Of a stretch of 64,000 nt of DNA, positions 39,273 to 49,411 are shown piece by piece. This DNA is from Eledone cirrhosa (taxonomy: Eukaryota). The notes under the pieces were generated by a model. It was not told where the DNA came from and ran no database searches. It saw only the letters and a list, made by a program, of their open reading frames with translations. The translations under genes were made by a program, and so were the position numbers. The stretch spans positions 16,740,001 through 16,804,000 of the forward strand of contig OZ024742.1 of the NCBI GenBank assembly GCA_964016885.1, written 5' to 3'. The number at the start of each line of letters is the position of its first letter. Within the stretch, counting starts at the first letter, position 1.

Positions 39273-41459
39273 TTATTGTTCATTTAGCTTGGGTTTGAAT
39301 TTATCAATAAAATTCTTTTCTTTGATTTTTCTCTTGATTTCACTTGGGCTGTGTAATTTGTAGAATGGGAATATTATAAATATTCCCTGACCACATGTTG
39401 CCAGGTGGCCACTTAGGGGTATCTGACGGACATTTGGGTCTCTGATTTGTTGACGGTGTACCCGTGCACGTTCCGATAGTGCATTTCCAGTTTGACCGAC
39501 ATATAGTTCTTCACAATTCGGGCATTTAATGCAGTAAATTAGATTTCTGCTTTTGCAGTTCATATTTGCATTTGGGAATATTTTTCCAGTCTTTGTTTTC
39601 ATATATTGACCGGCGTGTATGGATTGACATGTGCCGCATCGATTATCATTGCATTTAGATACAGTGAATGATTGGTCTTTGTTGTTAAGGTCAAACTTTG
39701 CTTTTGTTAGCAATTGCTTCAAATTTTTTGGCTGTCTTTTACTAAGAGTCAAAGATCGATCTGTGATTAAGCCTTTTAATTCATTACTTTGAGCAATGGT
39801 CGGTAGGTTTGCTTTGGCAGTGTTGAAGATATTCTGGTGACATGGGTTGTGTGTCATTATAAATGGTATAACCAATTCTTGGTTTCTTCTTCCTTGGGTT
39901 CTTCTAAGTTGTTGTATAGGTATTTTTATAGCCCGCTGTATGCCATTTTCTATAAGTAGAGATAGGTATTTTTGTTTGAGCAAAAATTCTCTTAGTTCTG
40001 TTAGGCGTTTGTACCTGGTATTCGTATCTTCTACAATGGTACAAATTCTTCTGGCTAGGCAGTATGGGATGTTGTGTTTTGTATGAGGTGGATGGCACGA
40101 ATTAAAATTCAGATATTGATGGGTGTCTGTGTGTTTATAATATATATCCGTGGTAATGGTGGTGTCGTTTTTGATTATCATTATATCTAGGAATGGTAAT
40201 TTGGTCCTACTCATCTCTTTTGTGAATTGGAGAGATGGGTGTAGGTTATTCAGGAGGTTATTGAACTCATCCAGAGTATCTAGAGATTCTGTCCAGATGA
40301 TGAAACAGTCGTCAACGTATCTCTTCCAAGATTTTTCAATGTACTTTCTAAAGTCAGTACTATATTTTTCCTCTATTTCTTGGTAGAGTTGTTGTTCTAA
40401 GTATCCCATTACAGAGTTCGCGTAAACGGGAGCAAACTTCGTTCCCATCGCTGTGCCTCTAATTTGGATGTAATTCTTTCCATTGAAGAAGAAAGTGTTG
40501 TTTTCCAGAATAAGTTTAACTGTGTCTAATATAAATGGCGCTGTGAATCTAATGGGAATCACTTCTCTATGTTTTTCCACCCAGTATTTAACCGCCTTTA
40601 TTCCTAAATCATGTGTAATGTTGGTGTAAAGGCTTACCACATCAAAACTGAGTAGAAGTGAATTCGTTTCCGTGGTTTTGGGAAGATGGGACAGGAAGTC
40701 GATATCATCCCGGATGAAACTGGGTATGTGAATACATAGTGGTTTCAAAATAATGTCAACAAAATTGCTTAGACGGTGAGTGGGGCATGTTGGACCAGCT
40801 ATAATAGGTCTAAGTTTTAAGTCTTTTGGGTGTAATAATTTAATGTACTCACTGTTTTGTTCTCTTACTGCCAGTTGTATTTCTTTTGACTTGTGAACTT
40901 TCGGTAGGCCATACAGGTTGCTGGGTTTCGGCTCAAAATTGGTGATGTAGTCTCTTTCCTTATCAGTAAATGAGTTGTGGTATTTTGAAGCCAGGTTGTT
41001 GATCTTCTTCATGATGTTGTGGTCTATATTTGACGGTATTTCATGATAGAATGTTGTGTCTTTCAGTTGTTCCTCAACCAAATCCTTGTAGTATTCAGTA
41101 TCCATTATAACAACTGCACCCCCTTTATCTGCTTGTTTAATTATTATTGTTTTATCATTTTGTATACGTTTAAGTGCAGACATTTCTGATTTGTTAATGT
41201 TTGGCTTAACATTAGTATTATGTCTAAGAGGAAATTTAGACAGGATGTCAATGTATTGGTCGAGATAGATATTTCTTCCTTTTGGCGGAGTGAAATTTGA
41301 TTTATTCTTTACTAGTGATTCATCACTCTCATTATTTTTATCAGCGAAGAATTCTACAAGACGTAATTTTCGACAGAATTCTTGGGTATCCTCCTTCAGT
41401 TCTTGGTGGTTGACTGTTGGAGTTGGTGTGAATTTCAGTCCTTTTGACAGAATTTGCAT
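39273..41459 (-). CDS. Penelope-like reverse transcriptase / GIY-YIG endonuclease (728 aa; frame stays open upstream to ~41600)
   Basis: IINLS..LSKGLKFTPTP, ADKGGAVV, YGLPKVHK, LRPII, SFDVVSLYTNI, GTAMGTKFAP, RYVDD, PFLD, a CxxxRCxxC linker, and NLIYCIKC..LYVGQTG..R..H..E..LN. Confidence 0.95.
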   Translation of the reverse strand: MQILSKGLKFTPTPTVNHQELKEDTQEFCRKLRLVEFFADKNNESDESLVKNKSNFTPPKGRNIYLDQYIDILSKFPLRHNTNVKPNINKSEMSALKRIQNDKTIIIKQADKGGAVVIMDTEYYKDLVEEQLKDTTFYHEIPSNIDHNIMKKINNLASKYHNSFTDKERDYITNFEPKPSNLYGLPKVHKSKEIQLAVREQNSEYIKLLHPKDLKLRPIIAGPTCPTHRLSNFVDIILKPLCIHIPSFIRDDIDFLSHLPKTTETNSLLLSFDVVSLYTNITHDLGIKAVKYWVEKHREVIPIRFTAPFILDTVKLILENNTFFFNGKNYIQIRGTAMGTKFAPVYANSVMGYLEQQLYQEIEEKYSTDFRKYIEKSWKRYVDDCFIIWTESLDTLDEFNNLLNNLHPSLQFTKEMSRTKLPFLDIMIIKNDTTITTDIYYKHTDTHQYLNFNSCHPPHTKHNIPYCLARRICTIVEDTNTRYKRLTELREFLLKQKYLSLLIENGIQRAIKIPIQQLRRTQGRRNQELVIPFIMTHNPCHQNIFNTAKANLPTIAQSNELKGLITDRSLTLSKRQPKNLKQLLTKAKFDLNNKDQSFTVSKCNDNRCGTCQSIHAGQYMKTKTGKIFPNANMNCKSRNLIYCIKCPNCEELYVGQTGNALSERARVHRQQIRDPNVRQIPLSGHLATCGQGIFIIFPFYKLHSPSEIKRKIKEKNFIDKFKPKLNEQ

Positions 41460-42739
41460 TTCATCATTGTCAAGATCTCTTTTAGATAAATTAATTATTT
41501 TAGGAACTACGTGTACAGCTGTTTTGGGTATGTTTCCTCCTGGAGTTTTTCTTTTTCCGGTTTTTGTTGTCCTGACGTTAAAAAATGAATTTTTCTCTGT
41601 TCAGGATTTATATTCCTGTTGGTGTTCGCTTGATGAACTTTTGGTCGTGATATTATATTTGGTTTCGTTATGTATTTTGTCCTATTTTTGGTATTCTGTA
41701 TATTATTTTTCTTCCTGTTAGCATTATTTTTAACAATCTGGGAAAATGACCTAGGTTTGCTTTCAGGTTTAGATCGTTTTTTCGTCCATATATATAAGTT
41801 AAAACAATGAAATAAAAAAAACAAGTCATTAAAGATATACTTCACTGCTTTACGATCGTTTCTAGATAGTGATAATACATTGTATCTATACTCAGTTATT
41901 GATCTATGTAAGTTTACAAACTATCAGATTGAGAGAATATTTACTTACATGCATATCACCAGCTGTTTTCAAAAGCAATAATAATTTTATTCAATAATAA
42001 TTGTACTCAGAATTAGTATCATGTCCATATTTGGAGCTAGTTGAAGAACTAACGAACCAAATTGTTTTTTTCATATGGTATTAAGATGAAAAGTAATACA
42101 CTTTAGTTGAGGTCATGACCCTTTGAAAGGAATGGTTGAAAGGTGTTAGTAGAATTGGCATAACAATCTATTAGGAAGGGGATTGTCAAACTGATTGTTG
42201 AATGTATCTTGTATAGTGAATTTAAAAGGAATGTCTAAATAAATGGTGATTAGTGTTGTATTGAGTTTTAAGGTGAATATAAATTAATGATATGGCTAGG
42301 AAGGATAGTATATTAAAATATGAAAATTATAATAAGGTAATGTGATATAGTAATCCCATAATATACAACTTAACCAACAGAATATAGTACGGTGTGGTAA
42401 ATTGCACTCAGTATAATATAGCATATTATACGCTCTAAAATATTACTAAGTATATTTATGCATAAACAATCAAACTCAGATAAGTTGGCATAGTTAAAAC
42501 ACATAAATTTCATAGTCTACAAAGTGTATATATTCACACTATATATATAGAGAGGTACAGTTATATTGATATCTAACCAAAATATACATACATACAAATA
42601 GATGCAAACCTAAATACACATCCACACGCATGCATATAATCATATATATCCATATCCATACATATCTATATCCACACATACACATCTATACCCCCCATAT
42701 ATACATATACACATACATACATATATATATATATATATT

Positions 42740-42886
<147 letters not shown>

Positions 42887-42955
42887 TATGAAGAGAGAAG
42901 AAACATTTAGATATAATTAGTAATAAAATGTATCATACCTAAACTGCTCCTAGAT

Positions 42956-43045
42956 TCCTCGACTACGTAGTTTCGTGGCATAAACAAAAACAATACATCA
43001 TAAAGATATAGAGTTTTTGCGAGGTCTGCCGACTTATCAAGAGGA
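42956..43045 (-). ncRNA. Type I hammerhead ribozyme, U3-A8 variant with a long stem II
   Basis: UCCUC-UUGAUAA-GUcGGCA..GCAAAAAC..GUUUUUGU..UGCCAC-GAAA-CUACGUAG-UC^-GAGGA. Confidence 0.8.
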
Positions 43046-43420
43046 TACCTCATTTTACTAGCTTCAAGAACGCGTCTACATGACGTGAGAAAGAATCCCA
43101 AAAGGCGGAGGGGAGATAGTCACGCGATATAACGGTCGAGAAACAGAGCTAAGCCTCTTATAACCCCGAAGAAAATACCACGGAGGCGGAGGGGGTATTT
43201 ATATCGAAGCCGTAGAAGAGGTGGTGAAGGGGGCGAGAAGTATGAGTAATGGCAGCTTTCCAGCAGTCACCACACTTCAAAGATTACTCGACCAGAGGGA
43301 GTTATGAACAATATTTAGAAACACACAGATACATGCGGACACACACATATACATGAATGCATCCACATCCAACCGTGAGTTAATGGTGCCAACCTTACCG
43401 ATGTTGCTCAATGAATGACT

Positions 43421-43461
<41 letters not shown>

Positions 43462-43466
<5 letters not shown>

Positions 43467-43654
43467 ATAATAATAAATTTGAAGACTAAAATCCAAAAAG
43501 GGCTCGATAAGGATAAATATATATCAAATATATAAGAACCGTAGAGCAAATATTTATTAAAATAACAGATTAAAGTTTAAGCAAAGAATCGCTGCTTTCA
43601 CCCTTAACAATAAGGGTGAAAGCAGCGATTCTTTGCTTAAACTTTAATATGTTA

Positions 43655-43661
<7 letters not shown>
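43462..43661. repeat. (TA)n-flanked module ending in a palindrome with ~50-bp arms (43556-43661)
   Basis: ...gctgctttcaccctta acaa taagggtgaaagcagc... with one mismatch. 43462-43606 is the reverse complement of 46924-47067. Confidence 0.9.
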
Positions 43662-43710
<49 letters not shown>

Positions 43711-43732
43711 CATACATACATACATACATACA

Positions 43733-43763
<31 letters not shown>

Positions 43764-43791
43764 GTTCATACACATATATACATACATATAC

Positions 43792-43900
<109 letters not shown>

Positions 43901-44284
43901 TATACATACATACACATATATATATACATATACAACACACACACATCCACATACACATATATATATATATATATATACATATACACACTTGTGTGAGCAT
44001 ATGTACACTCCTCTTACATGTGCACATACTCATATATCAACATTCATACAGGATACCTCTGTGTATATATATATATATATGAAAATGTTGACAGAAAATA
44101 GAAACTGGCAGAGAATGGAACGCCTTAATAACAAACTAATGGGTGGCGGACAAGGAATTTTGTTTAATATAACAAAGGTTATAGTACTTTCTGCGTTTGG
44201 ATTACTCCCATTTTCAAATTTCAAATCATATATAAGTAAAAAAAACAATATCAGTGCAGTACGAACAGTGTTGGTAAAATATAT

Positions 44285-45311
44285 ACCAGATAGAAAAATG
44301 CGTACAGCAAAAAAAAGTAATATTGTTGGAATATAAACCTTTAAAAATACAGCACAAGAAACTAAAATAAAACTTTAAAAGAATAGGACAAGAAACTAAG
44401 ATAAAACTTTAAAAGAATAGGACAAGAAACTAAGTTAAAACTTTAAAGAATTGGACAAGAAATAAAAAAATGTTACAATAATATTAGTGGGAACATTTTT
44501 ATTGGTAAAAAATCAAGTTCCACATTCATAGGCTCTGGGTTCCACATTCAGAGGTCGTCGTCAGACCGGGGGATCATTTGATCCTGGTTTGAACACCAAT
44601 TGGGCCATAACCATACCCCTATTTCATCATTCGGCGACACGCCTCATGTGTCATGCATAATGTGAATGCACCCATGGGCCCATGAGCACAGATCTTGAGC
44701 AACAGCGGACGGTCTTGTCGTCCCGCTCATCCTTGATCTTGACCAACCCGTCCATCTTCTCCTTGCATCTTGTCCTTGAGTTCAAGTCCGGCAGTCCAGA
44801 TGAATGCGTGCCACAGCTTTCTGGTACAGGAAGGGGGAGCAGGAGGACTGGAGGGATGACGGGACAGAGGGAGGGAGGACCGGTGGTTGAGGGAGGTGCC
44901 GTAGTCGGTGGTCAGAGTCAACATCTTGTCCCGGTCGTCTTCTCCATCTTCGTCTGGTGTTGCGGGACCAGAAGTGCATTCTTGGAGGAGACCTGCAGCT
45001 GCATCGGCCAATTCTTCTTGCAATGGTCATTCTGACGGAGCAGAACTGCTCAGCCAACCAACCCCAACCAGAACCAACCACTCAGGGGCAACGCACAATG
45101 AGAGCATGACAATTATTATGCACTAATCAAGAAGATACTGGGGCATAGCACAGGAAACGAATAAAATAATTTTGCCACTAATATTATTGTAAATGTTTTT
45201 ATTTCTTGTCCAATTCTTTAAAGTTTTATTTTAGTTTCTTGTCCTGTACTTTTAAAGGTTTATATTCCAACAATATTACTTTTTTTTGCTGTACGCATTT
45301 TTCTATCTGGT
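44285..45311. repeat. AT-rich inverted repeats (44285-44503 and 45159-45311) around a GC-rich ~640-bp core
   Basis: ccagatagaaaaatgcgtacagc...aataatattagtgg is matched by ccactaatattattg...gctgtacgcatttttctatctgg. The left arm has an expanded ~32-bp sub-repeat. Confidence 0.85.
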
Positions 45312-45583
45312 CTACTATTGTTTAAGGCAATGCAAGCAACAACTATCTAATAATTAAATGATCATAGTGAATTACTGACAAGTGATTGACATTTTAAAGT
45401 TCTTTTGAGTATAATTGCAATCTAGTTGAGGCAACTGGCTTAATGACAAAGCTAGTAAATCATGAATGCATTTGAGATGATTAGCGCATAATAGTGAATT
45501 GGTGAAACTTGTGCATTTCAATGGTGTTACAACAATAGTGCAAGTTATATAGTAGCAATACTTTATCATTTTAACTTTTTAGA

Positions 45584-45943
45584 ATGGACAAAAACCCATG
45601 CAAAGAAATGACTTTGACTGCAGTGATTCTCTCCAATTTACTTACAAAGCAAAACGTGGTCAAATACCTTATCATCTCTGATAAAATGCCCATTGAATCA
45701 CTGAAAATCGGATGCATGGAATTCCTCATAAAATGCACCTATGAATCGGAAGCCATCACATATATCAATGGATATAGGGAGTTGTTCACACTGGAAGACC
45801 ATCGCTTCATTTGTGACTTTATCAGTTATCTCCACGATTATCTCAGACACCCAATGCCATTGATGAGAGGTGATCCAATGTGTGAGCATGTAACTAATCT
45901 TATAGAAGTTGTTATCGACCACCTGGCTTTTAGTGACATTTGA
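45584..45943 (+). CDS. Putative 119-aa ORF or terminal exon with a SPOP-like BACK domain
   Basis: LSNLLTKQNVVKYLIISDKMPIESLKIGCMEFL matches the BACK pattern L.SNL...N....LI.AD......LK.....F. It is preceded by a pyrimidine tract plus AG (45581-82) and followed by AATAAA at ~46029. Confidence 0.5.
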   Translation: MDKNPCKEMTLTAVILSNLLTKQNVVKYLIISDKMPIESLKIGCMEFLIKCTYESEAITYINGYRELFTLEDHRFICDFISYLHDYLRHPMPLMRGDPMCEHVTNLIEVVIDHLAFSDI

Positions 45944-46578
45944 CTGATTTAACTGATAATGATGTATTTTTAAAAAGTATGTGTACATTCTTGTTACTAT
46001 TTTAAGGCAATGCAAGCAACAACTATTTAATAAAATTTAAATTTAAAAATGACCATTGTGCATTACTAGTATGATGACATTTTATTAAGTCACAAAATTA
46101 GTCAGTCAGCCACAGAACAAGGATCAGGTGGCAAAAACATAGTCAAAAATGTGTGTCAATTTAAGATTTACAACATTGTTCAAATGAATAATATCTGGTT
46201 TGAAGTCAGATTTGTCAAATTTTGACCAATTTTCAATGTTGTGAAGATTGGGCAAGTTCAATTTTTGAATCATTTCTTTCATGCAGTAATTAAACTTTTC
46301 CAAACGTCGTCATTTCTGGATTACCTCCCATAGCGTCACGCTTACTACTCACTCACTTGAACACAAGATTTATCAGCAAACTTTGATTATAAACTTTTTC
46401 CCGATGGATCAAATTTCTAGATTTTTAAGCCAAAAGATGCATAATGATCTACTGTTCATGCTCATATAAGTTTTATCTCAGTTAAATAAAGTAGAGCCGC
46501 GCTGTACTGTCGTAAACAGACGATTGCCAACGAAAACACGACCACAAAAATATTACTAAACGAACTACCGTCTGTTTA

Positions 46579-46646
<68 letters not shown>

Positions 46647-46649
<3 letters not shown>

Positions 46650-46719
46650 AACGAGTAGGACCCCGACGGCTGAGCTCAAGCCGTTTCGACGGCTAATTCT
46701 GGACTGAATTAGCCGTCGA
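46647..46719 (-). repeat. Truncated, folded-back third copy of the 376/1619 hammerhead module
   Basis: Identical to ~373-431, then a perfect 14-bp hairpin tcgacggctaattc-tggact-gaattagccgtcga. (TA)n lies on both sides. Confidence 0.85.
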
Positions 46720-46906
46720 TATATATATATATATATTCGGGAAAAAACGAATATAATACATCATTATTTGGAGCGGTGAATTATATTCGTTTTTTCCCGT
46801 TCTTTGCCAGGAAACATTTCCACGTACCAAAGTATCGTCTTCCTGTCTTCCTCCGGCTGCAACGTTTTTTTAAATATTCACTTCTGCGTTCACGGATTGA
46901 TTTGTT

Positions 46907-46956
46907 AGTTTCAGAAGATCCCGTTAGGGTGAAAGCAGCGATTCTTTGCTTAAACT
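46907..46956 (+). ncRNA. Type I hammerhead with a U4A core mutation (probably inactive)
   Basis: AGUUU-CAGAAGA-U CCC guua GGG U-GAAA-GCA..UGC-UU^-AAACU. Confidence 0.65.
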
Positions 46957-47062
46957 TTAATCTGTTATTTTAATAAATATTTGCTCTACGGTTCTTATAT
47001 ATTTGATATATATTTATCCTTATCGAGCCCTCTTTGGATTTTAGTCTTCAAATTTTTATTAT

Positions 47063-47136
<74 letters not shown>

Positions 47137-47485
47137 ATTTAACAAGGTTCAATGAATTAATCAATGAATAAAGTTTCACAAATCTCTTTATTTTTCTGTC
47201 TTTCCTCATGATTTGCTTTCTCGATCTCTCACTTCCTCTATCTGCAATAATGAGGTATGCATATATTATTATTATTTAAATTTTTAACAGTTATATAAGT
47301 TTATGTATTATATATTATTAGTTATTTATATATCTTTTTACACATTCCCATACGCACCCTCTGTATTATATGTAATTTTTGATGTTTCAACTTATGGTAT
47401 ATAAATATCGAGTTTTGTCATAACTAATCACTGCCATGACTAAATTATAACCATCAACATAGTCAAGGTATGTCAGGCATCAACT

Positions 47486-47551
47486 TATTTTATCTGATGA
47501 GGACGTACTGTTGAAATAGCTCAGTACCTCTGAAATATATATAATAAAATA
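47486..47551 (+). ncRNA. Type I hammerhead ribozyme, canonical core
   Basis: UAUUUUAU-CUGAUGA-GGAcGUACUG..CAGUACcUCU-GAAA-UAUAUA-UA^-AUAAAAUA, with an 8-bp stem I. Confidence 0.8.
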
Positions 47552-47593
47552 TATTTGATCACATGAATGTCTATATTTATTAATATTTTGAAG

Positions 47594-47653
<60 letters not shown>

Positions 47654-48020
47654 ATATATATATATATATATATATGGATATATATTACGCTTCTTAATAT
47701 TGAATATGCTTTCATATAACTATTATCTCTATACAATTTATTTCAAATGCGAAATATATTTTATATTTCCCTGCGAAATGCCGTACAATTTGAAAATATA
47801 TGTAGGTCATTAACTTAATGGAAATCTGAAAGAGAAAATCTTTTGAAAGAGAACAGCACATACATGTCACACTGTGGTGTAGCATCTTGTTAGCAGTAAA
47901 CAACGAAATGTAGAGGCTTGTGTGAAAACTTAAAATTATCATTACATTCTTCTATGAAAAAAACACAATATTTGAAGCAAGTTCAATTGTATGTATGTAT
48001 GTATGTATGTATGTATGTAT

Positions 48021-48426
48021 GGAGAGATGACCCCTTAGCCTTTGTCAAGGCAGAATTCTAGAAGGAAAACTCTGATATAACGCCTGCAACCCTGATGGTA
48101 TCCAATGATGTTGACTTGTTCTTTTTGGTAAATATCATCTTAGTTAAGAGAGTGGGACTGGCTTTGTGCAGTGCCTTTGCTCACTATAAAAGCTTCGCGG
48201 CACAGGCATTGCTTTATATCTGGAGATCTCTCTGCACTTGTCATCACATGGTACCATGGGCCCAGCAGTATGTGTCAATAATTGTCGCAAGTGTATTGTT
48301 TGAACCAGAGTTTTCAAGTTGCTGGCTGGACTAGAAAGTCACACTCGTTCAGCGCATCGATAGGGGTTCTCCTACATGGATATAAAGTAGTGGCCGTACT
48401 CGAAAACGAGTTGGCAGCCACCACCA
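48021..48426 (+). mobile_element. ~400-bp non-autonomous RTE-related short element, copy 1, with (TATG)n tail
   Basis: Near-identical to 48988-49373 and 51991-52400. The head ccttagcctttgtcaaggca..agaaggaaaactctga resembles RTE 5' UTRs, and a 3' hairpin precedes the tail. Confidence 0.7.
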
Positions 48427-48794
48427 TGTATGTATGTATGTATGTATGTATGTATGTCCCTCCTCTTTTGTCCAGCAGATATTTGGTAGGGAGTTCTTGT
48501 TCCTGTATTGCATAAAGATATCCCTCAAGGTGTGATGTCATAAACTTGTATGTATGTATGTATGTATGAATGTATGTATGTATGTATGTCTACCTTTTCC
48601 AACACACATGCATCGTCCCTTCTATTTTCAATTAACAACAACTACCTTCATTCTATTACAATTCATCTGCAATCACACTTCTCTTCCAACATACCCCCAA
48701 CCGTTTATCGTATATCTGGGTAATCCACCTCATAGAAACAACACTTAAATTTGCCTCAACTTCACCCTGCTCTCACACATAAGCTACATCAGGT

Positions 48795-49373
48795 CACCAG
48801 TTGGGGCTACTGGTAACATGTATCCCAGTACAACCTGTCTCATGGTCGGGTCGTTGGCGACTAAACTGGCAACCCCACCAAGGTTTCTTGGTGAGGAGGG
48901 TGACTTTGGACATACTGCAGGACTAAAAACAAAACCTGTCAAAGGGCAAGGGAGCTCTTAAGAGTCAATAGCCATCCAAAATCACCGGGAGAGATGACCC
49001 CTTAGGAGAAGGAAAACTCTGATATAACACCTGTAACCCTGATGGTATCCAATGATGTTGACTTGTTCTTCTTTTTGGTAAATATCATCTTGGTTAAGAG
49101 AGTGGGACTGGCTTTGTGCAGTGCCTTTGCTCACTATAAAAGCTTCACAGCACAGGCATTGCTTTATATCTGGATATCTCTCTGCACTTGTCATCACATG
49201 GTACCATGGGCCCTGCACTATGTGTCAATAATGGTCACAAGTGTAGTCTTTGTACCAGAGTTTTCAAGTTGCTGGCTGGACTAAAAAGTCACATTCGTTC
49301 AGCGCATCGGTAGGGGTTCTCCTACATGGATATAAAGTAGTTGCCGTACTCGAAAACGAGTTGGCAGCCACCA
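48795..49373 (+). mobile_element. Longer copy 2 of the same element, with an extra ~190-bp 5' module
   Basis: 48805-48980 matches 52435-52610 and runs directly into the 400-bp unit. Confidence 0.7.
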
Positions 49374-49411
49374 TGTGTGTATGTATGTATGTATATATGT
49401 ATGTATGTATG

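Larger units (their letters stand above)
38720..42600 (-). mobile_element. Penelope-like element (probably Neptune group) between (TA)n/(GA)n tracts; outer boundaries approximate
   Basis: RT plus GIY-YIG ORF, a hammerhead downstream of it, and microsatellite flanks at 38609-38698 and 42720-42882. Confidence 0.8.

Noticed and set aside
43165-43220. CCGAAGA plus hairpin as a hammerhead
   Set aside because: The core is mutated and no GAAA follows stem II.
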